DNA from: Fistulifera solaris
Taxonomy: Eukaryota
Reading direction: 5' to 3'
DNA: 64,000 nucleotides
NCBI GenBank assembly: GCA_030295235.1
Contig: AP026132.1
Span: 992,001-1,056,000 of the forward strand
In this document: positions 12,301-24,685 of the stretch, one piece after another
How positions within the stretch are numbered: the first letter of the stretch is position 1
How the letters are laid out: the number at the start of each line of letters is the position of its first letter
The notes under the pieces: generated by a model
What the model saw: only the letters and a program-made list of their open reading frames with translations
Told to the model about the DNA's origin: nothing
Databases searched by the model: none
Made by a program: the position numbers and the translations under genes

Positions 12301-13722
12301 TTATGAGGACATGCTGAGGACGGATCGATCGTTGTGACCTGCCGGGGCGACCTCTTGGGGCATCGGTAGGCCCATTTCAAAAAGCGAGGGTCCTCTTGTT
12401 CCAATTGGCCCACCCCTAGACACACCAATCCACTCGGATCGTACAAGACAGCCTGTTGACCGGATGTGATCCCCCGAAGCGGCAGATCAAATGTTAGTCT
12501 AAAGGTACCGGCATCGTCATACGATAAAGTGCAGTCCTGAAGTGGCTGAAGATGACGTATTCGACACTTCAGGCGCAAGCTTTGACCGTTTCCTAGATGT
12601 GGAGGCAGACAACCGGTAATCCAGTGAATGTTATGCAAAAGAGAGTATCGGCGTAAAGAGCCGGGTGGTGCGTCCCTGCACACACTCCGACTCTATGATG
12701 ATGGGGAGGCCGGCGTTGGTTCCAAAATACCGACAACAAAATATTTGGTTGGACTGCCGGATATTTTGGCACCTTGTCCTGGTGTAAACAACACGGGATG
12801 AGCATTGTTGGGTGCCGTGGTGCCGACCACATGTTGTGTGTCAACATCGATGAAATCGACGGGTGCGTGCGCCTGTGGAAGATAGTGGTTTTGCAACAAG
12901 AAGTCTCGAAAACTTCTTCGCTTTCCAACGAAACAAATTCCCGTGGAATCTTTTTTGTTTGCGACAGGAATCTTCCACTCCATTGCTAGTTGCCGTACCG
13001 TTCGAGCGTCCTGACTGTGATGCGTGCTTTTGTATAGATCACCCAAAGGGAAACAGGCATCTCGCAAAGCTTGTCCACAGCAACCCGAAAGAAAATAAGA
13101 TTGATCTTTTGAGGAATCAGCTGCTGCTAGTAAAATCGAAGCATTCGACTCCAACGAACTCTCTCTCACCCAATGCACAAGCCCCGTCGAGTCGTTATCT
13201 AGCACAGCTTGCAAAGGGAGGTGCCGCTTCGCGATTAGGACTCCATAGACGCGCATAATGCCCCGTGGCCAAAACTGTATCCGGCCCATAACGCTTCTTC
13301 ACAATCTCGAGCAACGCCCCAAATTTGATATAAGTGTTGCAGGCAATATCCGGATTCCCCATTTGTTGTGACGATAAGCCGTCAAGGAAGGGCTCAAAGA
13401 CACACGTCCAGTATTCGGCTTCCAAAGCGACGCGTAGAATCGGACACTGAAAGTGTCGCGCCACGGCTTGTGCGTCGTTCCAATCCACTTCGGTCGTACA
13501 TTGCACGGAGTCATCGTCATACAGATTCCAATTCGACATGTAAATGGCCGACAGAGAGTCGCGTCGTTGGGATTGCAAAAGACCGAGTGCGACGGACGAG
13601 TCGACACCACCCGAAAGGGCCACAACGACGCGCTCGTCGTTCGAGCTGTGATAGCGTCGCTGCAGAATCGTCCTTTGACGCGGATATCGCGCGGGTACTG
13701 CCATCCGCCAGGAGCGTATCAT
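12301..13722 (-). CDS. mnmA: tRNA-specific 2-thiouridylase MnmA/TRMU (organellar); frameshifts near 13215, 12700 and 12410
   Basis: VALSGGVDSSVA, NPDIACNTYIKFG, ATGHYAR, KDQSYFL, DSTGICFVG and RGITSGQQAVLY across successive frames. Confidence 0.92.
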
Positions 13723-13794
13723 TCTTTATTGTCACGAAATAGTGAAATTAATTACAACATAGGAGTAAATTGATGCAAATATGCATGGACCCCG

Positions 13795-14668
13795 CTTTGT
13801 TGTTCGGTTCATGACTACTGTACAATCCAGTCTTGGCTGGCGTAAACCAACACTCCCTTTCATAGTCAAAATACAGGGTGTCGATCCTTCGGATTTTCGA
13901 CGTGAAAATAAAAGAAAACTCTTTACAAATAGTTCAGGATAATCATTGTTGCGACTTTTTTACCCGTAATCACAATTATATTTGCAGTTGAATGACAATA
14001 AACGGATGCGAGAGACGCGAAACGGAACCCTTTGTTGTTCGGTTCATGACTACTGTACAATCCAGTCTTGGCTGGCGTAAACCAACACTCCCTTTCATAG
14101 TCAAAAATACAGGGTGTCGATCCTTCGGATTTTCGACGTGAATATAGAAGAAAACTCTTAACAAATAGTTCAGGATAATCATTGTTGCGACTTTTTTACC
14201 CGTAATCACAATTATATTTGCAGTTGAATGACAATAAACGGATGCGAGAGACGCGAAACGGAACCCTTTGTTGTTCGGTTCATGACTACTGTACAATCCA
14301 GTCTTGGCTGGCGTAAACCAACACTTCGTTTCATAGTCAAAAATACAGGGTGTCGATCCTTCGGTTTTCGACGTGAAAATAAAAAGCAAACTCTTTACAA
14401 ATAGTCCAGGATAACCCTTTGTTTGCGCCTTTTTTACCCGCAATCGCAATTATATTTCTAGTTGGATGACAATAAACGGATGCGAGAGACGCGAAACGGA
14501 ACCCTTTGTTGTTCGGTTCATGACTACTGTACAATCCAGTCTTGGCTGGCGTAAACCACACTCCGTTTCATAGTAAAAATACAGGGTGTCGATCCTTCGG
14601 ATTTTCGACGTGAAAATAAAAAGAACTCTTAACAAATAGTTCAGGATAATCATTGTTGCGACTTTTCT
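13795..14668. repeat. Tandem array 2: about 3.7 monomers of 235-238 bp
   Basis: Anchor TTCATGACTAC at 13808, 14043, 14279 and 14517. Confidence 0.96.
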
Positions 14669-14789
14669 ACTCGCAAGGCGTTTTTTCGTGCGCCGTGTTT
14701 TCAAGTCCCCCGAAAATCTGGTTGTAAAGATTTCACCTCCCAGAAAATCTGGGAGACCGCTGTAATAAGTAATAACGGCTTGGTCCGTG

Positions 14790-15035
14790 ACTCATGACTG
14801 ATATGCAGTCGTGGTCTCCTTGAACATTCACTTCAGGTCCATAGTAAAAAATACGGAAGACACCGTTTCGCAAGGCTCTTCAACCTAAAATGTAATGACG
14901 TGTAGTGCAATCGCTAGATTAATAAACAATTATTTCATTGCAACAACGGCAATTGGAGCTCATAGTAATTGCTGAACGAACGAATTGTAGGCAGCATTGT
15001 CATGGCAAATACGGACAACACGTTGGCCCATAGTA
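14790..15035 (+). repeat. Solo diverged monomer of the array-3 family (reverse complement of the array 3 unit)
   Basis: Matches the reverse complement of array 3 at TGCAGTCGTGGTCTCC, GGTCCATAGTAAAA, CGTTTCGCAAGGCTCTTC, TTTCATTGCAACAA and TAGGCAGCA. Confidence 0.85.
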
Positions 15036-15321
15036 AAAACAGTTTTCCTGTATCTGTGTCAGACGGAAATTCTGTATATTTATGTCATGAAGTCTCGAAG
15101 ATATAGGAAAAGTTCTCCCAGTCTGGACGTGTGGTGTGGAGTATTCACGTACCAGGGTACAGTCCCCAGAAAAATGTGGAAGTGTGGGAAAACGGGTGTG
15201 ACCATAGGTAGTCTATGTAACGTTTTTATTTACTTTATTATTAGAAAGGACTGAATACCGATGCGCATGAGTGAGAAACGAGCTAGGATGGTCATGATTC
15301 ATTCAATTGATAGTTGGTGTT

Positions 15322-15450
15322 TTCACCTGTCCAGAAAATCAGGGCGTATGGAGTTTTCATTTGTCCAGAAAATCTGGGCGAGTTGTGTGTTCACTTAACC
15401 AGAAAATCTTAAGAATTGGGGTTCTTAAGTTCCCAGAAAATCTGGATGTG
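15322..15450. repeat. Four copies of a CCAGAAAATC(TGG) motif at an exact 34-bp period
   Basis: Motif starts at 15331, 15365, 15399 and 15433; further copies at 14709, 14740 and about 15166. Confidence 0.8.
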
Positions 15451-15643
15451 TGGTTTCCGCTCCGTTGCCGTCGTTTTCTGTTTCGCGTTTATACTGACGC
15501 ACGGACGGCAAACGACCGATCGAATTGTGACGACAAAGAATGAATAACAGATCGAGCCATCAGCTTCCTTGTACTTCTACCTTGTAGCTACGGTATAATA
15601 CTTTTACTAGACCCGGTGATCGAAGGAGAGAGGTGGGAATGAG

Positions 15644-18600
15644 ATGAATATGATTGCCTCAGCCGGCGGAAGTATGCATCGAAATAGCGTCAAGCGGCCG
15701 CGATGGCTCATTGGGCTCTTTCTGACTCCGTATTCGTTTCTTTCGGCATTTCACTTATCCAGCAGCTTGACATCGTCATTGAATTACCGAACATGTCACA
15801 CCCATTTGTATTCTTCTCCTTTGATTAATACAGAAGACGATGAAAAGGCAATAAACGCGGTGGACAGTTCCAGACGGAGAGCTCTTGAATCCATCGCTTT
15901 CACATCGGTAGCCACACTGTTTGGGGCATCGGAAGCTCGTGCTGGTGTTCCGGAGTTAGATAGTGCCACTGGGCAGCTGTTTTCGCCAAAATCTGAAATG
16001 TTTTCTGGAGGTAGTACGGCGGCGCGGGGCATTCCTGTCACACAGCGTGAACGATTAAAGGCTGGTCAATCTCTGCAATCCATCTACGAAACACGGTTCG
16101 TCGCCTACTTGAGTCGCTTTCTTCTTAATTTTGATCCAGCTACGAGGGCTTGGTGGCTACAGCAAGGATTGGCGGACTCTTGGGAGCCGCTAGACAGTAA
16201 AAAGAATCCAGAAATGGTCTTGGCGGAGTTTGCCAATTCGGTTGAGGTCGGCCTGGCCGACTACTTTAGCGGCCCATTCGGATCGTATAGTTCCGTTCGA
16301 GCCGCAACGGCAGGCATCTCTGCTGCACAATCAGCTCGATCAATGAAATCAGCTCAATCAGAAACAGATAATCTCGTGGCTCGTATCTTCGGTGGAAAAC
16401 GAAAAGCTACTGTGGACAGTGCAGCAGAAAAGGAAAACATCCAGTTAGCCAAACAAGGAGTTCTCAACTTGTGTGCACTATTGAAGGCGCGCTACACATC
16501 AGTCGCGGCGAAACGGCAGCTAGCCATTTTATTTTCGTTCGTTTCGGACCCACGCTTGCAACCAGTCAATGAAATTTGTAGTCTCCTGGGAGAGGCCGAC
16601 AATGCATCCATTACTAAGTTGGAATTGATATTTCCTGAACAAAGATCCGTGCGAATGAGTAGCCGAGTAGGTGGTGGTTATTCTCTGGGTGAATTCCCCG
16701 AAATCGTTGTGAGCGATCCGCCCCCACTTGGTGACCTGTACTGCGCTGCACAAGTTGTCCCTCGCATGCGTTCCACGACACGAGTTCTAAGAATTCGAGT
16801 TGTTGACGGAGGTGAAGGATATGTTACGGCGCCGCAAGTAACTTTGCAGCAATCACGAGGCTTATTAGATCGTCCCTGTCAGGCCGTTGCAATTCTTGAT
16901 ATTCAAGGTAGCGTTGAGTCAATCATCGTCTTGGATCCGGGGAGCGGATACGGAGGACCGACCGGCGAAATACCACCCGAGGTAAAGATCGAAGCACCGC
17001 CAAAACGCGTGAATAAGAAGGTACAAAAAGTTCGTACGGCGACGGCTATCGCCGATTTAGAGTATGAAGTTGTAGGATTGGAACTCATCGACGGAGGGAA
17101 TGGCTATTCTGTGTCGGAACCACCAAGCATTCAAATTGTCCCTCCAAAGCAGGATCCGGACTGGTATATTCAAGTTCAAGATACCGTTGATCAGCGTTAC
17201 CTACCGATGGGAGACTCTGAAATAAAGCTGAAGGCCCGAGTTGCGGCCATGAAAACAGCAGCAGGCGTCTCTGTTCTTGTTTCTGACAACCCACCCAATT
17301 TTGCGACGATTGACAGCGGATTAATACAACTTCTCCAGCGAGAGCCTCTTGAACTCCTCCCGTCATCCTTTCGACCCCGTCTCGTAATGGACGAGAAAAC
17401 TGGGTTGCGCTCCTACACAATCCCAGCTTTAAAAGGCATTCCAATGTCGTCGTCTGATTATCCTTACTTCTATCGCGAATTCGATCCAGTCTTTGGTGGT
17501 GTCGGTCGCGTCCCTGTGACAAAGGGCGCTTCTGCTTTAAAGGTAGATGAATACGCTCGACTAGCGCTAAGTGGTGCGGTGTGTACAGTGTTGGTTAGAA
17601 CGGGGTTGGGCCCTCTTGAACTCATCAAAACGAAGTTACAATTGTTAAATGACGATGAGCTTTTCGAGTTTGCCAGAAAACAAAAAACCAAGGATGAATA
17701 TGTCAACGTGAAACAAGAAGAAGAAGCGACTAGTTATTCGACTCTTGCTTCAAAGAATGAGTCTATCTCATCAGCATCGTTCGGCGCTGTTGCTATGAAA
17801 GAGAAGACTTCTGTCGAAGTGCCGATAGTTGAAGAGTCGGAAAAAGCTCCCGCTAACATAAAGGTTGGGACTATGGATCTGATAAGAAGTACAATTGAAC
17901 TTCGCGGATGGACGTCGCTTTTTCAGAGTGCTGACATCACATTCTTAGCATCTCTGGTATTTGGGTCTTTTGGGTTTGGTGCTACTGAACTATTTCGAAG
18001 ATCTTTGGCAATTGCATTCTTGCGTAATGGTAGCTCGGACACGGCATCAGAAATAGCTCTCCTGATAGCAGCCGCTGGCGCAACAACCGTAACAGCTGCA
18101 GCCGCGGCTCCTTTTGAAGTATTGCGCGTTCGAAGCATGGGATATGTCACGCCCAAAGTTTGGACCGATGTTCTCAAAGATTTTCTCGTAAGTATCACGG
18201 AGTATGAAACATTGTAATTGCTGGCTACAGTGCGAGGCACTCACCGACTAATCGTGAAACAGGAAGATGAAGGGAAGAGCAAAAACGAGAATGACACATT
18301 CGAATTGAAGAATTTGACACCACAAGAGTTGTTACCTTTATGGTCTGGATTTGCCCCAACCGTCAGCCGCGAGCTGCCTTTCGCAGTTGTTAAATTTCTG
18401 GTCTTTGACATCATTTCAGTTTCCATTGTGAATCTACTTAACAGTAATTCAGAAGGCGCATTCCCGATACAAGTCGGCGTTGGCCCGGTTGGTCTTGCGG
18501 TCTCGGCTGCAGCTGGGGCAATCGCCGGCGTCGCAGGGGCTGTTGTATCTCACCCAGCTGATCTGATTTTGACGAAAACAAACTCTGTTCGAAAGAAGAA

Positions 18601-18852
18601 AGGTGAGGGAAAAGCGGACTGGCGAGAAGTAGTGAGAAACCTTACCAGTCAGGAAGGAGGCTTTGCAAACTTGTTTGTGGGTTTGGGCGCCCGTGCAACG
18701 TTCTTCTTCTTGGTGATAGGTCTGCAATTCTTCCTCTACGATTACGTGAAGAACCTTTTCCAAGTTGGACAAGACGACTTAAGTCTTGTTTTAGATGTCT
18801 TTACGCAGTGCGAGAGGGACTCGTTGAAGCTAGTGAATACAGATCACTGTGA
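15644..18852 (+). CDS. Mitochondrial carrier family (phosphate-carrier-like) protein with a long N-terminal extension; predicted plastid/thylakoid-targeted; intron 18188-18262; frameshift near 18800
   Basis: Carrier signatures PLELIKTKLQ, PFEVLRVR and HPADLILTK. Signal peptide ending LSA-F. Twin-arginine SRRRAL...EARA. Four GGxGY-type repeats. Confidence 0.85.
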
Positions 18853-19100
18853 ATGTACTCCTCCGAAAGCTACAGTTGAATGTCAATGTGAATTGGATTT
18901 GTGCAAACACTTGTGCGCCAAAGCCAGAGGAGACTAACGTAAAAGGCAAGACTGACAGTATAATACATCATGATAGGACTAACTCATGCAATTATAGGTG
19001 TGTTATTATGTCCAAGAACATATGAAAGACTGATAGAACAATTTGAGAACGATATTCCGTTGACAGTAGTCAACGAAAGGTGATAGATAGAAAGATCGCA

Positions 19101-20301
19101 TTAGAATTCTGGTTTTCCTCCCTCTCCGTAAACTGTTGATATATCTCCGAATGCTGAAGCCTCTTCGTTTGCTGGTGTTACATCATTCTTCGCAGACTCT
19201 TCGTCATTCACTGACTCCTGATCCTTGGCGGATTCTTCGTCGTCGTCTTCTTGCGGTTGTTCTTGTTCTTCGACTGCTGACTCCTCGTCCTCGTCCTCAT
19301 TCTCTTCTTCTTGTTGTTTCTTCTGAAGCATAGCACGGGGCATATCACTCGGCATGGGTGTGGCGACACTGGGCGAGTATCCATCCAGTGAAAATCCGTA
19401 ACTTTCCATGGAACTGACGCTGGCAGCATCCCCCATATTGCGACGACCTTGTCCATTCATGGCGTTCGCCATACCCGACTGATAGTACAAGGAAAGTGAA
19501 GTGGCAATATCATCGGTAATGACCGAGTCAGGGTAATGATCCGCGGCATCCACGACGGCGGGAAAGTCTTGTCGCGGCGATGAGTTGGGAGTCGTTCGTA
19601 CACCATCGTCATCAAAGGTAGTATCGGATCCAGTTCGACCGGCTTTGCTATTCAAATACGCTTGACGGTTGCGGCGATCGTATCTCCAAGCCCAGATCAC
19701 CGCCAGAATCAAGAATAGGAATGCCGCACAAGCCACGCCCACGGCAATTACAATCACCATTTCGAGATCGTCCGTACTTTCTTGACCGCTGCTTCTTCCC
19801 ACATCATTCGGATTGAGATACGACTGAAGAGCTACGAGCGATGCTCCCAAACCATCGGGATCCGACTGTTGCAATTCGGATTGCAAGGTCAACATGGCCG
19901 TTCTGTTTTGCAGCGTTCTTCGTTGTATCTCAAGTATATCCGCGACCGGGACGGGGAGCGATTGCTCTTCCGAAAACGAAAAGGCAGCATGTCCTCCCAT
20001 ACGTGCCGTGTACAAGAATCCTTGTGCGAGGTTGCGATCTCCGCGGAGTGCCGGTGTTACTTCTTCGACTTCCTGCAAGGCGCGGACTTGTCGATCGTAT
20101 AATATGACGCGGTTGAAGACAGCGTATTCTTCCCTCCGCCGTGTATCCCCATTCGACAAGCTGGTCTCGAAAGACATCACTCATCCATTCCGAGACAATA
20201 TCGGTGACTTCGAAAATAGAAATGTCCAAGTTGACCGTTAAAGCAAACTGCACATCGAAAGGGATGAGATCGACCAAATCGACAACGGGTTGTTTTGACA
20301 T
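19101..20301 (-). CDS. Single-pass membrane protein with an acidic C-terminal tail; frameshift near 20176; start uncertain
   Basis: TM segment VIVIAVGVACAAFLFLILAVIWAW followed by RYDRRNR; Ser-rich and acidic tail. Confidence 0.65.
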
Positions 20302-21273
20302 GATTGTATTGCTGTTTGATAGAGGATTTGCAACAAGTTACTTGTGATGAGCAATCACAATAGAGATGCCTTGACTTCAATGATTAATTATGAAGCTCCA
20401 CAATTGTAAGGAAGATAGATCGCAATCTTGTTACGATGTTGCGGAGTATGGGAGAGCAACAGCCATCGACCTATTTTGTTACGCGCCGCGTGCCCGAATT
20501 TGCCCCCCAAATTCAGTCAAGCTGGTTCGCACGACAATTTCGTGAGGAGCGAACAAATGCTGTTTCCGTTGATCGTTTATAGACTCTTCGTGGATCTATA
20601 CCAGTATATCCATTCAATCCTGTAAGGGGGAGTTTTTGTCGTGTGCGTGGCTCTAAGTAAATTTCGCGCCTGGGTCACGGAATACAGATTAGCGTGCCGG
20701 CGAACGGTCCAATCTAAAAGCAACGTTCCGATTTCGTTCCTCCACGAAAATACCTTTTTGGACGTAATAATTTTCGAAAAAGAAACAATATTGAGCACAA
20801 TATAATGCAAAATACTGATCTTTTTCAAGAAAATGCCCACGATTGGAATCCTCAAGTACAAAAGACTATACTATTCTTGTAAACGAATTTTGGTTCAAAA
20901 TAACAAAATACAGCTAAAATATTGTCATGACGGCAGCATAATCGTCATGGCCCGCCGAAAATTCCACGGAATTCCCAGGCTACTTTTGGGACCCGAGTGC
21001 AAAATTGGATACACACGGAAGCTGCGTGGGCACGCCGCGCTTTCCTAACTCGAAAACGAGAAACGATTACCGGATTGCGTCACAAGGAAAAACGTGACTG
21101 CGGAGCCCAGACCTCATTCGTCTGGATGCGTTTTGTTGTTGCTTGTTACAAGTATCGCTGTTTGCCATCGGATTATTGCTCTCAAACTGTATCTCTTGAC
21201 ACATACAAAGAGGGGAATGCGCAGGCGGAGACAAGAAGAAGGGGATAAGCGACAGTGTATAAATGTTGCCTTA

Positions 21274-22116
21274 ATGCTGATCAAAACGCTGCTCGTGTGC
21301 TCGTTTTTGTGCCCATCGCATGCTTTTTCCTTTCCGCCGGTGTACACCTCTCAACAACTGAATCAACAACGTTGCCTCGTATGCTTACATGCCAAAGAAC
21401 CAAGATTAGGAAAGAAGCAAGGAGTATACGTACGCCCGTCTGCCGCCATCGAACGAGGATCTGGTTTCTTCGTTCCGGGTCTGGAAGGTCCCAAAGTGAG
21501 GCTGGTGTCCGGCGTCGTACTTCTTGGTGCTCTTCTCTTTATCATCACCAATTCGCCAGTAACCAATGCAGGAAATAATTTTGCGAATGGCCTGACTGCG
21601 GTCTTCGCCACCATCGTATTGCTACAAGCAGCGATCGAATTTCAAAAGGGAGCAAATTCCTCGCCAATCGTACAATCGGAATCGCCGACGCCAAATTTAG
21701 TCACCTGGACCAAACAATGGCTTGTTCCCTCGACAGATACAAATTGGAGGGATCGTGTGGAATGGGCTGCTTCGTCCTTTTTGTCATTGACGTCCGCCAC
21801 AAACATCCTTTTAGTCGGGCCGGGAAACGTCGTCTTTTCGTTAGGCACCGATGAGATTGACGCCAACCAATCCGATGGTTGTTTGGCAGCTCTCAACACG
21901 CTGTCCGAGTCGAAAAGTGGAAGAGTCGCAGTACCTATGTCACACCCGTCGGTGGCGCTTTTTCCGAATGATGTACGATGTGTCATTTTACAACGAGTCA
22001 GTAACAACAGTCAGCTTTGCTGGATTGTGGCGTCAAATCAACTTTTGGCTAGTTTCACCAAGCAAGATCTTACGTGGTTAGGTAGACTGGCGGAATATGT
22101 GGACGTCGATTCGTAA
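21274..22116 (+). CDS. Plastid CCB2/CCB4-family protein (heme attachment to cytochrome b6)
   Basis: Signal peptide ending SHA-F, two TM segments, EWAASSFLSLTSA, and C-terminal VILQ...ASNQLLASFTKQDLTWL resembling CCB2/4. Confidence 0.7.
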   Translation: MLIKTLLVCSFLCPSHAFSFPPVYTSQQLNQQRCLVCLHAKEPRLGKKQGVYVRPSAAIERGSGFFVPGLEGPKVRLVSGVVLLGALLFIITNSPVTNAGNNFANGLTAVFATIVLLQAAIEFQKGANSSPIVQSESPTPNLVTWTKQWLVPSTDTNWRDRVEWAASSFLSLTSATNILLVGPGNVVFSLGTDEIDANQSDGCLAALNTLSESKSGRVAVPMSHPSVALFPNDVRCVILQRVSNNSQLCWIVASNQLLASFTKQDLTWLGRLAEYVDVDS

Positions 22117-22165
22117 AAAAGAGCTACTGCGCTATGCTAATTACATTACACTACATGTTTCGTTC

Positions 22166-23897
22166 CTAATCATCAATTTCTTCCACGCTAATGATAAAAC
22201 CGGTTTGCCGCATATGAAAAGTATCGTCGTAGTCATCGTCGGACTCATCGTAATCATCGCGACTACCATATTGACCATCTGGGTAACCACCGTCGACTGT
22301 TTGTGAAAGTATCGGTGCTGTCGCATCCTCTTCGTTGTCGTCGCCCACACTATGTGAGTCGATCACCATTCCCTCCAGATCGGACATGTAATTCGACCGA
22401 TCGTCAATATTCGAATTGGATCGATATCGTCTGTGCTGATCGTTTGAATTTTCGTCACGATCGCTACCGGAGTCGAATGAGTTGAGTCTTCTGTCGCTGG
22501 GCGGTGCTGTCGACATTAAAGCGGGAGAATCTTGAAAGCGAGCGTTCGGAGGCGGTGATTCTACAACTTCTTGTGATGAAATAGGCTTATCTTCGACATC
22601 TTCCCCCATTTCGGCGCCTTCTTGTTCGGCCTGTATCAGTTTTTCTTGCGCAGCACGATCCTTTCTCAAAAGATGCATAAAGTAAAAGTGCGGCCGCTAA
22701 TAGTACCAGTGCTACACCGACGACCAGAATCGATATGATGGCAGCATCACTCCCCGACGATCCGATTTCCTCTTCGGGAGTCGTAATCGTGTTGCTGGAG
22801 AGAAATATAGCAGAGGGATTGTCGGATATACCCGTCATTAACGTCATGTACCCCAGAGCATTCAATTTAAATGGATAAGTGAACAGTGTGTCTTGCAAAT
22901 CTCCCCAAAGCTTGGCATCATATTCATTTACAAGCATGGTGTAATTGATTAGCTGCTGATAATCAATCGCGAGGGGCAAAGACGTGTTGTCGGCTCCGGG
23001 AGCAATCTCACCTATTCGGGTTTGTTTGATATAGCGTGTTTCGACGTGTCCGACAAAGACGGGCGAAAATGGATTGGTTTCGGTGTCGTCCCAAAATCGT
23101 TTGACAAAATTACTCGTCTCCAATTGCCATCGCGGTGGTCGGAAGTCTTGCATTGCGCCTTCCAATACTATGGTGAGAAAATGCTCCGCGTACAAGTCAC
23201 TCGGAAGCGATGGCATCGAACTAGGGAGCTCACTCGGTGATGCACTCGGATAAGGAGACGGAACCTCGGAGGCAATATTGGTTGGAGCCGCGGATGGCCA
23301 TTCCGTGCGATCGGCGTCAAAGTCTGTCGGATATGCCGTTGTGGTGGGCTGGTGGCTGGCCGAAGGGACAGTGGACGGCAAAAGTGAAAATGACGGGCTC
23401 ACGCTGGGGAAAATGCTAGGAGACGTGCTTGGCTGTAAAGTTAAGGTCGGCTGTAATGTAGGCAATTGAGAAGGAATGGCGCTTGGTCTGTCTGACGGAT
23501 AAACGGAAGGCATTGTAGAAGGAGGATGAGATAAAGAGGGAGCTGATGATGTAGTCGGGATGGTCGATGGTTGTAGTTCTGTTGGTTGAGACGGCTGAAT
23601 TGATACTCCGGAAGGCGCGAGTGACGGCGTCAGTGCATTGGACTGTTCATTTGGTACTTCCGTCCCTTGATAGGGTGTCACCACAAATTCTCTTATAAGT
23701 TCACGCTGTCTGACATTCGATTGAGGTGAACTGAAATACAAGAAAATGCCCTCACTCCATCGGATGACCGGAATCATTTGAAGCGCAGCAAAAACAAAAA
23801 GTACTGCTCCCGCAATCAAAATGAATGACGAAAGTCTCATCAACAGCCTTGTTTGTTGGTTGCCATCGACAAACATCCTCACAAACTGCGCCGCCAT
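22166..23897 (-). CDS. Ser/Pro/Thr-rich (PSxxPS repeat) membrane glycoprotein; frameshift near 22665
   Basis: N-terminal hydrophobic segment, many PSxxPS/PT tetrapeptides, C-terminal TM AAIISILVVGVALVLLAAALLLY, acidic tail. Confidence 0.75.
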
Positions 23898-24685
23898 CGA
23901 ATGTCAAAACGATGTGGGCACTTTGCGTGTGTTTTGTGTTTCAACTTTTGCAGAAAACATCCTCACGTCCGAGCGTGACATAGCTACTTTGTACTCCACG
24001 AAGAATTATTTCGTCCAGAATTTCTGGAACTCCCTTAGAATTTCAGTATGATCAAAAGACTGGCTCCAAAATTCTGGAACGTACATAGTATGAATTCCGT
24101 ATGATCGATAACATCATCGTGTCCAGCATCTTTGGATAGTCCACAAATAATATTACGTAGTATTTGTTTATTTTAAAAAAGCAAAAGCACCTTGTCCAGA
24201 ATTTCTGGAATACCGTCTGCAGAATATTTCTGAATTGTTCACAGAAGTTTTGTATAACTAAATACACCGTAAACCATACGCAGTCTTTATGGGACGAAAA
24301 ATATTTTGTTGTTGAATGCCGCCCGCGCGTCGTAGACTAGTCATCTTCTGCGGAATTATTTCACAAACGGGCTGCGTTAGAAGAAAGCACTCATGACTGC
24401 AAATTCCAGTCATGGAAAAAAGTAATATACATTTCGAACCATACTAGTGGGCTTCATATTAGTAAGAATCCGTGTTACCGACGCAGCGGCAACGTCGTTT
24501 GCCCCCCCATCCATGAGTACCAGTATGCCCCATCCCATCCCATCGACTAAAGGTCGCGATCGCGTTGTCTTCGCCATTCAAATTCAATGCTGATGTAAAG
24601 CTATCTTTGCCACCACTTGCCTCTTGAGTATAAACAGTTGACGTGTATTACTTCCGGGAGCAAGACTCCTTATTTGTCGCAAAAC

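Noticed and set aside
5583..15450. CRISPR array interpretation of array 1 or the 34-bp motif cluster
   Set aside because: Eukaryotic context with no cas genes. Array tails recur rather than being unique spacers, and the 34-bp units are too short and degenerate.
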